From: the human T2T-CHM13v2.0 reference genome, Homo sapiens
Reading direction: 5' to 3' (one strand)
DNA length: 64,000 nucleotides
Assembly: GCF_009914755.1 (NCBI RefSeq)
Contig: NC_060940.1
Shown: piece by piece, positions 46,813-61,799 of the stretch
Layout of the letters: every line of letters starts with the position of its first letter
How positions within the stretch are numbered: the stretch's first letter is position 1
The notes under the pieces: model-generated
Databases searched by the model: none
Seen by the model: only the letters and a program-made list of their open reading frames with translations
Told to the model about the DNA's origin: nothing
Position numbers and translations under genes: made by a program

Positions 46813-47254
46813 GTTAATCTTGATTATTCCTCCTCAGTCTCAGAATGTTGGAAGCTTCAAATGCCAGGTTTTCCCACCACCCTCAAATTCTACTGAAAGG
46901 CACCTACTACAAACATTAGCCATTAGTTGGAACTTAAAGACTTCTAGCTAAATTTAATTTAAAATTTCAAAGTGTTTGTAACAACAAGAATTACAACTGA
47001 GAATATTAAGCAGGAAGAAAAGGAAGAATAAATGGGTGTACCAAAAACACAGCTTTCAAAGAAAGGGCAGAAGGAAGGATGAACATACTAAGAACAGGGA
47101 CAGCAAATCAAAAGCAAACAAAATAACACTAAAAGATGGATGACTGATTGAATGAAAGCTGAAGATACTCTTATAATTATTGTTATAGTGAAACAGGTTC
47201 ATCAAATGGAAAATGGTTAAAGTACAATGCATTTATTGTGTGGAATTCTATGTA

Positions 47255-47899
47255 CAGTCATGCATTGCTTTATGATGGGGATATGTTCTGAAAAATGCAT
47301 TGTTAGGCGATTCTGTCATTGGGCAAACATCATAGAGCAGGGGTCCCCAACATCCAGGCCACAGATGGGTACTGGTCCCATCAGAACCAGGCCGCACAGC
47401 AGGAGGTGAGCGGCAGCCAAGGCATTACTGCCTGAGCTCCGCCTCCTGTCAGATCAGCCACAGCATTAGAGTCTCACAGGAGCATGAACCCCATTGTGAA
47501 CAGCACATGCTAAGGATCTAGGTTGCGTGCTCCTTATGAGGATCTAATGCCCTATGATCTGAGTGGAGATTGTGCCACTGCACTGCAGCCTAGGTGATGC
47601 AGTGAGACTCTGTCTCAAAACAAAAAAACAAAATAGAACAAAAAAACCCCATAAACCAGTAACATAGTCATTTATTATCAAGTATTATGTACTGTACATA
47701 ATTGTATGCACTATACTTTTATACAACTGGCAGCACAGTAGGTTTACACTAGCATCACCATAAACATTTGAGTAATCATTATACTATGATGTTATCACTA
47801 GGTGAGAGGAATTTTTCAGCTCCATAATATGCAAGAATCATTGTTGTATATGTGGTCTGTCTGTCATTGATTGAAATGTCATTATATGGCGCATGACTC
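47255..47899 (+). mobile_element. Tigger3 (MER7/Golem) containing a MER1 fragment (47338-47565) and an Alu 3' fragment (47566-47648)
   Basis: TIRs cagtcatgc and gcatgact; MER1 start caggggtccccaac. Confidence 0.85.
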
Positions 47900-47921
47900 T
47901 GGCTGTTAAAAATGAGACAGA

Positions 47922-48229
<308 letters not shown>

Positions 48230-48911
48230 TCATGTTTTATTATTGAGTAAAAAAAACCCCAAGATGCTGAAAAATAAATACGATCCCATTTTTGTTCAAC
48301 ATTTTGCATATGTAGTTGTCAATGCATAGAAAAGAATACAAAGAAAGCTGTCAGCAGTGGCTACTTTGGAGACTTGCAATGGGCATAGTAGGGAGGGGTA
48401 TACTTTTTATAGGGTTCATTTTCACACAATATTTTATTTCCTAATTAAGTAACAGACATTCAGCTTTGGAAAAGGCAATAGTAAATGTTGTATGAAAATG
48501 TAAGAACAGAATTGATGGCTATAGAAAAACTACTTTATATCTCAGTTTAAATACTTTGGATATTGTTAATGTTTCTAGGTCTATGAATTCTGGATAGTAG
48601 AAAAATAGCGTGAAACACCTTTTTCAAACTGGAATGGCTAAGAAAGCCTAAGGGAATGCTCTAAAATAAACAGAATAATGAAATAAATGTTGGTAACTAC
48701 ATCTCAACTCCTATGTGGTATTTCTAGAGCACTATAGGGGATTTCCTTTCATATTATTCAGTCAGAGATGTGTCATTTGATCAATTCTATTACATTTTCT
48801 GTTTTAACTGTCATGCCTTTGAACCTTTCCTGCTCTGATTTCTGCTTTGCATGGAAATCTGTTATCTTTCTAGTTGACTTTGGTGGATATCAATCCTCTT
48901 GAGTCTCTCTA

Positions 48912-49281
<370 letters not shown>

Positions 49282-49719
49282 CTACATTTTCTCTGGAATC
49301 AATAATTCATTTTTCTATTTTCATTTTCATTTTACTGATCTTCCTCATATATCTGGTGATCTTTACGTGTATGTTCATGTTTATAAATGAAGGACTAAGT
49401 TGTTCATGACAGGTGATCATCATGGATTTCTTGTACCTCTGTTGTAGTCGTGTCGTTTCTCCAGCAGGATACCCCTCGGTGAACTGGCTTACTACCACCT
49501 TTGATTAAGTGGAAATGGCATGCTGACATACTTAAGGTCCATGACAAGCAGCCATAAAGGAGTCTTTGCCACAGCGCTGTAAGGCACTTGTATATGTGAG
49601 AAGCCCTTAGTATATTTATAGAGGATCTCCTACTAGATTTAAAAAACAGTTATTGTAGTCTTAATACAGCTACAAACCTTGTACTGAGATGTCTGTATAG
49701 GAAGAAGGGGTTGCCTTTA

Positions 49720-50460
49720 GTCATCATGTCTTTTTAGTCTCTACCAATCAATGACAGTTTCTCAATCTCTCCTTGTTTTCTCATGACCTTGACACTCCTG
49801 AAGAATACTGATCAGTTAATTTGTAGAATGTCCCTCAATTTGGTTTTGTCTGAAATTCGCTCATGTTTAGACTGAGATTATTCATTTTTGCCAAGGTGAA
49901 AGGTTAAAAGGCATAACAGCTAATTTGTAGAATGTCCCTCAATTTGATTTTGTCTGAAATTCTCTCATGTTTGGACTGAAATTACTCATTTTTGCCAAGG
50001 TGATGTTAAGCCCAAGTTATGTACATAACATGATGTTAAGTACATAACATCAGGAGATACCTGATGTCAAGATACTGGTTAATATTAACTCTGAACATGT
50101 AATTAAGGTGGCATCTACCTGTTTTTCCACAGTAAAGTTATTATTTTTTCCTTTGTAATTAATACATATCATTCATGGATATATTTGAGATAAGATTTTT
50201 TAAAGGAAATAAATAAAAAATAATCTTTCTCATCATAAATAACAATTTTAGCACCCATAGATGATTATTGCCTGTAAAAATGATTTCTGTATTTACCAAA
50301 TGGTGATTTTCTATTTCCATTATTTTTCTGCTGTTATTTATTAGAATTTACTATAAGGACAAGCTGTGTCCTTTTGCCTTAATTTATTTATTCAAATTTT
50401 TTAATCAGTATAGACTCAATGATATTTAATACTATAGGTTTTAATTCATTACTTGTATTA
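49720..50460 (-). mobile_element. L1MB/MC 3'UTR fragment with an internal 87-bp duplication
   Basis: ttgtagaatgtccctcaatttgg...gtctga occurs twice. Confidence 0.75.
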
Positions 50461-50837
50461 TATAATCTACTCACATGGGGTTTTAAAAATTACTTTTTAT
50501 GTTTGATTTTGAATATAATTGTGTATTACTCAGAAAATACAATTTGAGTGATATCAATTTTAGGACATTTATTGAAATTTCTTTGTGCAAAGTATGTGGT
50601 TAATTTTGTAAATATTCTTTGTATGCATGACATAATAAAATTCTTTGTTTGCTTTAGTCTTCATTGTGAAGTATAAAACACACAGAAGGTACACCAAATA
50701 AAATTAAATACTTAGTGAATTATTATAAAGCAGACTCCTGTGTTACTACCACCTAGGTGAAAAAACAGAACCTAGTGACAGAAAAGCCTCCCAAATACCA
50801 GTGCCAACCTTCCTCCTGAAGAAAACCAATGCCTTGA

Positions 50838-51011
50838 TTTTTTTGTTTTGTTTTTAAGAGATGGTGTTTTGCTATGCTGCCCAGGATGGAGTCCAGCAGC
50901 AATTCACAGGTGCAATCATAGTGCACTATAGCCTCCAACTCCTGAGCTCAAACAATCTTGCCTCAGCTTTCTGAGTAGCTACGACTATAGGTACACGCCG
51001 GCACACCCAGC
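50838..51011 (-). mobile_element. FAM (fossil Alu monomer, 7SL-derived)
   Basis: Diagnostic attcacaggtgcaatcatagtgcactatagcc; flanked by aatgc(c/t)ttgattttt. Confidence 0.85.
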
Positions 51012-51098
51012 TAATGCTTTGATTTTTAGGTTAACTAGTTCCCTGGTTCTTCTAATAAGTTTACCACCTAAGTATTCATTACTAAAAACTATAGAGGT

Positions 51099-51446
<348 letters not shown>

Positions 51447-51865
51447 TTAATCAATTAATACCAAAGTAAACTTCACAAGAAATACTACGAGTCAAAGAAA
51501 AAGATTTCATAATGATAAAAGGTTCAATTCACTAAGAATGCATTACATTCCTAAATGTGTTTGCATCTAATAATAGAACTTTAAAGTACATGAAACAAAT
51601 ATGACAAAAATGAAGACAAATAAAAAGTACCTGCTCATAACTGAAAATTTTAAGTCATTCCTCAGTAATTGATAGAATAGACAGCAAATCAGAAAAGATA
51701 CAGACGTGAACAACCATCAACTAGAATCCTATGCCTAACAATCGCAAAATACATGCTTTTTTCAAATGTATATAGAAAAGATGGTATCTCATCGAGTTTT
51801 AATTTCTATTTTCATAACGAATGAGCATAAACATACCTTTATATGATTATTAACTACCTGGCTAT

Positions 51866-54000
51866 TGTAGATGCTATTGTTGTTCTGCCCCAGATCTTGT
51901 TAACCAGGACATTGCAACTATACTTCAACTGCCGATAGCAGCTTACATTTGCCTCTTATAAGATTGTCGTTGGCTGATGGGAGCACCACCTCAGCCTTCA
52001 GAAGCCACTTTGCTTGGAATGGCTAGGATATGCCACCCCACCAGAGGTAGCCCAGAGCCAATGAATGACTGATGTGGGGGTACAACAGGCTAGCTAGCTA
52101 CCTTATGTCTGGTAAGGACAAGCTTTGGGATACAATGCATGCTCCAGAGCTCCCTATTGGATGAAGCTGAGGCTAGACATCTTCTGAAACCCTATCTTTG
52201 CTTAACTTCTTCCCTGTCCTATCCTGTTTCATTTCCTCCCTCACAAGAATCTCCTGAAAGAGACTGGTATCTTAATATATCACTCATACAAAAATTGCTG
52301 TTTAGGGCTCTGCCTTTTGACAATCCTAACTAGGATAGTTGCTACCAGTAGTGATCACTGGAAAAATAGTATGGAAAAGGTTGTGGAGTCCCTGGCAGGT
52401 TGTTGCAGTGTAAATTATAAGACTTTCACCTACAGTAAATGGGGATGTGATACAATGCAGAAAGATGGTATTAGCCTGTGTAAGAGAGTAGGTATTAGGA
52501 CGGTGAAGCTGGGTAATTATTGCTGAGCACCAATGATTTAATGAAGAAAGAGAATGACAAGTTAGGTCAATTAAACACCAACTTACAGTAAAGAATAAAA
52601 ATTAAAAGGCAAACACGGTTTAAGAATAGAAATGTGAGTTAATGGTAAGAGGTGGCAGAATTTAAGAGAAGGCTACTTTCTCATCCCAGCCAAGTTTTCT
52701 ATGCCAAAGTTAAGTTCCTGATAGAAAATATTACTTTGAATCTTGTGGGTCTGTGGAAGGAACCCTTTGTTCCTCGTTAGCATATAGGAGCTCCATCTTC
52801 CCTATGACCATGCAGAGACTTCAAAGTACCCTACAGAATAATGCTTTCCTTTCTTAGAGCCTAACCTCAAAACCTTGGCCATTAGAGGAATAACTTGTGT
52901 CAAATCTCGACGTAGCCCCATGGGAAAATCTTGGATCTGCTAAGGGAGAAAGGACATTTAATGTCAATAGAGCGGCAGCACCTGGCTAATAAGTACTGCA
53001 GAAACTGGTGGAGTATGCCTGGGAGTAAATCCTAAGGGTGCTGGACCAGGGGAAGTATAATGTAATGCGGCTTAATGAAGAAACTTTTCCATAACTCTGA
53101 CTTAACACTCTGACAGAGGCCCTCGGAATCAGGTTTTTACTTTTATTTATTTATTTTAGACAGAGTCTTGCTCTGTCGCCAGGCTGGAGTCCAGTGGCGT
53201 GATCTTGGCTCACTGCAAACTCTGCTTCATGGGTTCAAGCCATTCTCCTGCCTCAGCCTCCTGAGTAGCTAGCACTACAGGTGTGCATCACCACGCCCAG
53301 CTAATTTTTGTATTTTTAGTAAAGACGGAGTTTCACCATGTTGGCCAGGATGGTCTCGATCTCTTGATCTCGTGATCCACTTGCCTCAGCCTCCCAAAGT
53401 GCTGGGACTACAGGCGTGAGCCATTGAGCCCAGCAGGAATCAGTTTTTAATACACTGATGCGGTGGTTCTTGTGTACTTCAAACAAGTGAAAGCTCCCAT
53501 TAAATAGATATGTTAACTGATGTTGTAAACTCTTCAGAGCATAATAAAAACCTCAGAAAAGTGGGGATGCAGAAGTGGACATGTTATATGAAGCTAAAAA
53601 CCAGCTTATGATGTTCCCTGGAAGGATCTGCAAGTTGCTTCATTTACCAGCATCAATGAAGAGCTTAGTAATGACTGTTCTGTAGATGGGGACTTTGAAG
53701 GTGATGGTGTTACAGGACTGGAATCTCTTCTACCAATGTGGATGACACGATCCAGGAATAGCAGAGATTGGGTGCCAGCACTTAATTATCAGGTGCATGA
53801 TGGAAATGTATACCACAAACATAATTATATAATATTTTACATATACATAAAACTTATATTCAAAAGAGACTGAGATTAGATGAGCAGGAAGATGAAGTCA
53901 GCCACTATGAAAAGTCATAATCCTGTGCTCAGTTTCCACATCTAACTTAGTTCTGACTCAGAATTCATCAACTAAAAGAGAAACTAGGGTCCACTTGTTG
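51866..54000 (+). mobile_element. LTR16-type LTR (51866-~52337) plus ERVL (ERV3-16A3-like) internal gag remnant, interrupted by an Alu
   Basis: LTR16-like cagagccaatgaatgactgatgtggggg and atgctccagagctccc; ~53020-53050 translates WE*ILRVLDQG, similar to ERVL gag WEWILRV. Confidence 0.7.
53134..53434 (-). mobile_element. AluSc-like
   Basis: Full Alu; ggaatcag(g)tttt flanks. Confidence 0.94.
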
Positions 54001-54577
54001 CCACAAGACAGCAAACCAATATATTAGTGGCTAATTTCATCTTTCTGGGATCTGGTTCTGCGAGGTCTGAATAATACTGTCATATTAATATACTGACTCC
54101 AGCTTTCATTTCATTAGTGTTAATATGGTAATATCTATCCTCCCCGCTTTGATTTTTAAACTATTTATATTTTAGGTGGTTTGGTGGTAGGCAGCCTATA
54201 TATCAGTCTTGCTATTTTTTAATGCAATCTGAGAATATCTGTCACTAAATAAGGGAATTTAGGCCATTTACATTTAACGTGATTATTGAAGATTAAGTTT
54301 AAATCTATTATTTTGCTATTCGTTTTGGATTAATTGAACATTTTTGGTAATTTCATTTTCTCTTCTTTGTTAGCTTATTAACCATAACTGCCATTTAACT
54401 TAGTTTTTAAAAAATCAGACTTTAATTTTTAGTCTACCTTCAAGTGATATTATTGACATTATGCCACTCCATGTATAGTATAAGACCTTATAATAGAATC
54501 TTCCATTTGTTTTCTTTAATACCTTTTATGCTATTGTTGTCATGAGTTTTACTTGTACATGTTATAAAACTAATACA

Positions 54578-54871
54578 TTATTATTATTATTATTTTGAGA
54601 CAGAGTCTTGCTCTGTCACCCAGGCTGGAGTGCAGTGGCGTGATCTCGGCTCACTGCAAGCTCCACGTCCCAGGTTCACGCCATTCTCCTGCCAAGCCTG
54701 TAGTTGGGACTACAAGTGCCCGCCACCATGCCCAGCTAATTTTTTGTATTTTTAGTAGAGACTGGGTTTCACCGTGTTAACCAGGATGGTCTTGATCTCC
54801 TGACCTCGTGATCCGCCCGCCTCGGGCTCCCAAAGTGCTGGGATTACAGGTGTGAGCCACTGTGCCCGGCC
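54578..54871 (-). mobile_element. AluY with (ATT)n tail
   Basis: Y-type diagnostics gcaagctcc, ttcacgccattctcc, accgtgtta. Confidence 0.92.
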
Positions 54872-55050
54872 CATTATTATTATTTTTGCTTTAAGCTATA
54901 AATTATTTTTAAATGTTTGTAATAATAAAAAAAGTTTTCTAAATTCACCAACATAATTACCATTTCCAAGGACTTTTATTGATGTGGTATAATTTCTCTT
55001 TTGCCTGCAGGGCTTCTTCAATATTTCTTGTAGAGCAGGTCTGCTAATGA

Positions 55051-55405
<355 letters not shown>

Positions 55406-58400
55406 TCACCTTTGCTTTTAAAAGATATTTTTGCTGTGTATAAAATTTTAATTGAACTTTTTTCTTTTGATACTTTATAGGTGTTTCTCCATTGTCTTCT
55501 AGCTTACATTGATTCCAATGTTTTCTGGGTGTTATGGTGGATCATTTCTATGTCTTCACTAATCTCTTCTGAAATATCCAATCTCCTGTCAATCCCCTCT
55601 AGTGGTATTCTTAATCTCAGACATGGTAGCTTTTTACTCTCTACAAGTTAAATTACAATCTTTATCTTTCATGTCTCTACTTAACATGTTTCTGCTTTAC
55701 TCAGTTATGACAGCTGTTTAAATGTCCTCATCCACTAATTCTATCTTCTGTGTCATTTTTAGTCTTGTTTAATTTTCCTCCTTGTTATTGGTAGAAAATA
55801 TTTTATCTCAGTATGTAGCTTATTTTTTCATTTACTTTTTGCCATTCAAGTAGTAGAAGTTTTCAATTTTGCTGAAGTCCAACTTATCTAATTCATTCGT
55901 GGTATAAGTTCTTTCCCTGCCATCTACAGGGAAATCTTTTGCCTAGCCCAACGTCACAAAACTTATGTTTTCTTGAAGAACTATTTTAGTGTTACGTTTT
56001 TATTTTATTCTAATACCCCTTTAAGATTAGTATTTGTATAAATAATAAGGAGTGGGTCAAGTCTCTCATTCACATGGTTCCAGCACTGTGTATTAAAATG
56101 ACTATTCTCTCTACATCAGATTGCCTTTGAATCTTTGCCAAAAAATTGCATGTCAATTTCTGGGCTCTCTAATCTTTTCCAGAGTTCTTTACCTCTATCA
56201 TTATGTAATTATCACACTGTTTGATTACTGTGGCTTTAAGCAACATTACGAAGCTAATGTGAGTCCTCTAATGTTCTTTTTACAAAATTATCTTAGCTAT
56301 TCTATTGCTTTTCTTTATACATTTTAGATCAGCTTGTCAATTTCTAGAAAAAGATTGTTGGGTTTTTGATGAAGATTGAATTAAATTTCACTATATATCA
56401 ATTTAAAGAGAAATTACATTAATAATATTGAGTCTTGCAATCCATGAGCATGGTATTTCTAATTTGTTTCTTCAGTTTATTATAGTTTTCAGTATGTAAA
56501 CCTTGAACTTATTTTCTTAGGCTTATCCCTAAAATTTCATGCTTTTTAATATTATTATGATGTACTTCTTTTAAAAATTTCTAACTATTTATTGCTAGTG
56601 CATTTTTGAATTTTGATTTTGTATCCCATGACATTGCAAAACACATCTATTAGTTCTAGAAACTTTCTCATAAATTTGGAATTTTGATGCAGACAATGAT
56701 ACCATCTGAAAATAAAGATAATTTTATCTATTCCTTTCTAATCTGTAATCCTCTTGTATAGATACCTTTAATTAGGCAAGGGAAGTTACCTATTATTCCT
56801 TGTTAGCAAAGATATTTTATCAGGAATGGATGTTAATTTCTATCATTTTTACCCTGCATCCATTGAAATGATTATTAAAATAATAACCTGGTGATATGAT
56901 GAATTTCATTGATTTTAGTATATTGAACCAACCTTGCATTCTTGGAATAAACTTGGTTTGGTTGTTATTTCTCATTCTTTTGACATATTAGCAAATTTGA
57001 TTCAATTTGCTAATATTTTGTGCTTTTTGTGTCTGTGTTTATGAGAGTTATTGGTTTGTAATTTTCTATTCTTATACTGTCTTTGTTTTTTGGCATCGGG
57101 TAATGCTGACCTCATCAAATGAGTTGGGGGAGTGTTCTTCCCTTTTCTATTTCCTGAGATTGTTTAGAATTGGTATGATTTCTTCCTTAAAGGTTGGTAA
57201 AATTTGTCAGTGAAGCCACTGGGCATGGTATTTTCTTTACAGGAAAGTTTTTAAACCACAAAGTCAATTTATTTAAAGACATAAAACTATTCAGGTTTAG
57301 TTTACTTGAATGAGTTTTGGTAGTTTGTGTCTTTTGAGGGATTCGTCTATTTCATCTAGGTTATCAAATGTATTAATGAAGTTGTTATTTATTTTTATTA
57401 TCCACTTAATATATGTCAGCCTTAGTGATTGATATCCAAACTCTTTCATTCTTAGTCTTGGTAATTTGTGTCTTCTCACTTTTTTTTCATTTAGTCTGGC
57501 TAGATGTTTACTGATTTTTATAATCTTTGCAAAGAACAAGCTTTTGAGTATTCTGACTTTACTCTTTTTCTATTTTCAACTTCATTGGTTTACGTTCTTA
57601 TTATTTCTTTCCTTCTTCTTGCTTTGAGTTTAATTTGTTTTCTTAAGACACATATTATTGACTCAAAACTTTCTAGGTTTCTAAAACAAGACACTAAAAC
57701 TTATTTTCCTAGATGCACATCTTTAGCTGCATCTCAGAAATTTTATTCTCACTTGCATTTAACTAAAAACATTTAAAAAAAATTTCCCTGTGACTGCCTC
57801 TTTGACCCATGTCATTTAGAAATGTGTTTAATTTACAAAAATTTGGTATTTTTCTATATATCATTCTGTTATTGATTTCTAGTTTAATTTGTTTGTGGTC
57901 AAGAGATGATATTTTGACTTGAATACATTTAAATTTATTGATTTTTTAAAAATGGAACACAATGTGCTCTATTTTAGCAAATGTTTTGTGTGCACTTAAA
58001 AATAATTTGTATTCTGCTCTCGTCAGATGGGTCATTTTTCCTGTTTTCTTAAATGGCTATTATTTGAAAATGAAACTTTGCAAAAAGAAGGAACGTCACA
58101 TAAGGTTGGATTCGGAAATCTGAAGTAGTTATCCATATAAACTTAATGAAGTACCTGTACACATAAATTAATAATAACATAAGAGACTAGGCACCATCAA
58201 ACGAAAGCAGATAATGAATAAGTTACCTCTTCACATGCTTACCTCTCAATCTGTTCCCAATTGAGCCAATAACCCATTCTCTATACTGTAGTCACACTGG
58301 GCTTATTTTTGTTCTTCCAAGTAGACATGTTCTTTTTCTGCATCAGGATTTACTGAATATAATCGCTATCTGAAAAATACTCCCTCTTTTTGTTAAGTTC

Positions 58401-59282
58401 TCTTCAACTTTCAGACTTGACCTTGAATTCACTTTCTTTAGAAAGTCTTTTTGACGTTCCCTCCAAGGATTATGTCCTCTTTGTTAAGGATCAGTGGTTT
58501 GCACTTTCCTGATGGTCTGTACCTCTCTTTCACAGAACTTATGATTATAATGAAAACTATAAGGACAGATTAGACCACATTATCAAAGATGTTATGACTT
58601 CTCAAAAGGTTCAGAATCCCCTACTCAAAAAAGTCAGCACAATGAGACACGTAGTGGCCAATTAAACTCACTTAACTAGAATCTGATTTTTACTGGATAT
58701 AATTTCTCCTGTGAAGACTATTCTGAAAGTAGAATTATAACTTCAGAAGAATATTGATTGTATGAGTATTCCATATCAATATTTAATACATCCATGAGAC
58801 TATTATTTATAAAATGTTACAGGGCAAACATAAAACCAACCAAAATGAGAAATCCCATTCTTCTGCCTTCTATAGGTCCAGGCAAATATTAATAGATAAG
58901 GTGTCTGCTTCTCTAAGACATTCCTTGCTTAAAAAAAGAAAACCCTCATACAAAGAGCAAGTTTGGCTCAAATAACTTTTCTTTTCCAAATTAAATCCAA
59001 AATTTAAGGCTTTAGAGTCCAAGTTTCTTGCAAATTTTAGGAAAAAAAATCAATGGGTGAAGGAAGTGAGAGGAAAATCTTTGCCTTTCATGTACATTTG
59101 AAATCTTCATTTCTTTTAAATAGCACTTGATGATATTATGAGGGATCACTTACAGAAAAATATATAGCGCTTTCCTGGCAATGGAATCGGAAGAGCTGCC
59201 TTCCTCATGCCTCTCAGGCTCACTTTGTAAATTATGTGAAACACTCTTAGACAGACACTGGCACTCATAAATTATACAGTTC

Positions 59283-59332
59283 ATTTGCATATTCTAGTCA
59301 TGAGACGTTATGCAAAGTGACATGATTTGCAT
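59283..59332. promoter_or_regulatory. Cluster of POU octamer motifs
   Basis: ATTTGCAT at 59283-59290 and 59325-59332; ATGCAAAG at 59310-59317. Confidence 0.4.
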
Positions 59333-59742
59333 AATGGATTCCTCTTGTCGCTTCACTTGCTGCGTGCTTTTAAAAAACAAAATGAAATAAAATGAAAGCA
59401 TGAAAAGGTGAAAGCATCAAGTCCCCAGCCTTGCCTGTCTTCTTCCCAACTACAGTATCAGTCGCTTTCATTTTCTAGAGGATTGGGGGGAAAGGGACAA
59501 AAAGCCAAGATATACAGACATATAAACAAAGAGCTTTCATACGAATTTTGTTGTTAATTACAATGTACCCACTTTCTCATTGAAATCCTTCACCATAAAT
59601 AACCCTTTTGAGCCAAGAGACATCAAAACAAAACAAAACACTGAAACAGAAAAACTTTACGGAACTTTTTCTTAAAAAAAAAAAACCACCAAACTTCTAT
59701 GTCTGTAATTTTTAGGGAAGGGGTAAGCCTTTCTTTTTGTAC

Positions 59743-59744
<2 letters not shown>

Positions 59745-59775
<31 letters not shown>
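59745..59775. repeat. Poly(A)31; on the minus strand a U31 tract directly before AG
   Basis: Minus strand reads T31-AG|GTACAAAAAG. Confidence 0.9.
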
Positions 59776-59778
<3 letters not shown>

Positions 59779-61229
59779 AAGGTACCAGCTATTTATCATT
59801 GGGAAAAAAAAGCATATCATGGATGAAAGAGAGGTTTGGTGGAAAGATTTTATCCCTTTCTAGGTGAACTTCTGAATGGTCTTCCTGTTTTGAAAGAGGA
59901 ACGGAGAAGAAGAAAAACAGGGTGGTGTTTTGATTATTTAACAAAATATATAATGGATACATATATTGTAAAGGATGAGGCAATGCCACGTCGACTTCTA
60001 TCGGCTCTACTCCAATAAGCAGGCAACGCTCCCTCAGCAGTTGCTAGCTTTGCTGCGGGCTTTCCCTGTTCCCCTGCACCAGTGCGAAAAGCAGAGTGTG
60101 CCAAGCGGCTGGCGTCTGTACCCTGTGGGAAAAGTTAACTGTAATTCTTCGGCTTTTAAAATCAATTAACCCGAGTGTTAATTAACGTCAAGTCGACGGG
60201 AGGAGGAGAAGAAGAAGGGGAGGGAGGGAGAAAAGAAAAAAGCTGCAAGGGCGGATGGCAGAAGAGTTGGCACGGTGCCATCCATTCAGGGGCAACGCCA
60301 CAGTTTCGTGTGATAGCAGCAGCGGGTATATGATACGGGGCCCTGTATGCGGGCCAGACAGTGCGGTAAAGCCAAGGGAGATTATCCAGACCCCCAGGAG
60401 CGAACAGCAAGCAGCAACCGAAGGCGCAAGTGCCAGGATTACAGCCTAGGCTGCTCCAACTATGAGCCCTTCCTCGGACCCTGGGACTCGGCTACTTGGG
60501 GTTTGGGGGTCTTCCACACCACAGAGGCACAAAGCTGACTTTAATCACTTTTTTTCCTTTAAACTTGATTCTGCCGCAGTGGAGCCAGCACAGCGGATGT
60601 TTTCACACCCAGCAAGACAAAGGCCGTCGTCTCCGCCATGACACTGTTCCGTTCCAAGCAGAGGCCGGGATTCTGGACTCCTCGAAAAATCAAAAAGAAA
60701 CAAGGAAAACAAACAACAAATACAGCAACAAACAGAAAAAACTGAAAACCACCAAAATCGTTTGCCCGTTTGCCCGTGCCAGGGGTGATCTGGGCATCTG
60801 TTGCAGCAGAAGGCGCTTGTGTGGGGCTAATTTTTCTTTTGGTGGGGGGGGCAAGCTGTTGGCTTGTTTGCTATTTCAACTTCGTTTATAATTAACTTAA
60901 AAAAACCCCCACCATTCAGCCTAGTCAACAACAAACAAAGAAAAAGCAGACATCGGAAGAGAAATGCCATAGGAAGCGGCATGAATACATGCCACAGCCG
61001 GTGCCACTTGCCACTCGGAAAACCTCAGGGAAAGATGCCAATTCTACAGCTGCGAAGAAGGCAGAGAAAGGAGGATAAAGGTCTACAACTAGAAATCATA
61101 AGGAAAGAATACTGCTTGTATAATCCTGGATTGCAATTGCACACAGCCTCTGCTGGGAGAAGAGAGGGAATATTTAAATGGAGATATAGATGGGTATAAA
61201 TTAAAAGATAGGCACCTATCGATTGCGTA

Positions 61230-61450
61230 TAAACACATGTGTAAGGTTGTATGTGTATATAAATATGCATATTTTCAGACAAACGTTTAGATATGTATAT
61301 ATTTTGTGCTACAGGTATGGGTATGTATATAGGTGTATATGTTTATGCATATACACACATATGTAGGATGTATGCATGTGTGAGAAAAAGGAGGGAGAGA
61401 GAGGAGAGAGAAGGAAATATGTGTATGTGCATGTATGTGTATGCATACAT
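61230..61450. repeat. Degenerate (TA/TG)n low-complexity tract
   Basis: Alternating purine-pyrimidine tatgtgtata-type repeats. Confidence 0.8.
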
Positions 61451-61799
61451 CCCACTTTTTGACCCAGGTATACACAGAAGACAAAATAAAAATCATACTC
61501 CAGCAGCAAGCAGGCAGCCAGAGATTTATCTACATTCACTGCTATCACCAGGGAGATGAATGGGGCCGATCTGAAGCCCTTTTACAAGATCCACTATGGG
61601 AGTGAAGGAGGAGGAGGGATGCCACACAGACATGCACAAACTTGAAGGCAGAGCGATTTGGAAGGGGCTACTGAGGAAACACTGGTGGCATAACGCAGGG
61701 GAGAAGAAGGGGAAAGAGGCTTGTCTCTCTCTCTCTATGTTTTAGGTGGTTGTTTTTAAAAAATCTGCAAAAGGGTTTCAGGGAACGGCTGGTACTTAC

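Noticed and set aside
60040-60418. Possible long-range pairing gttgctagctttgctg with cagcaagcagcaac
   Set aside because: Needs two bulges and does not extend; compatible with chance without covariation data.
60162-61199. ORFs of 63-131 aa in the CpG-rich block
   Set aside because: They overlap on both strands, include low-complexity A-rich translation and show no recognisable domain.
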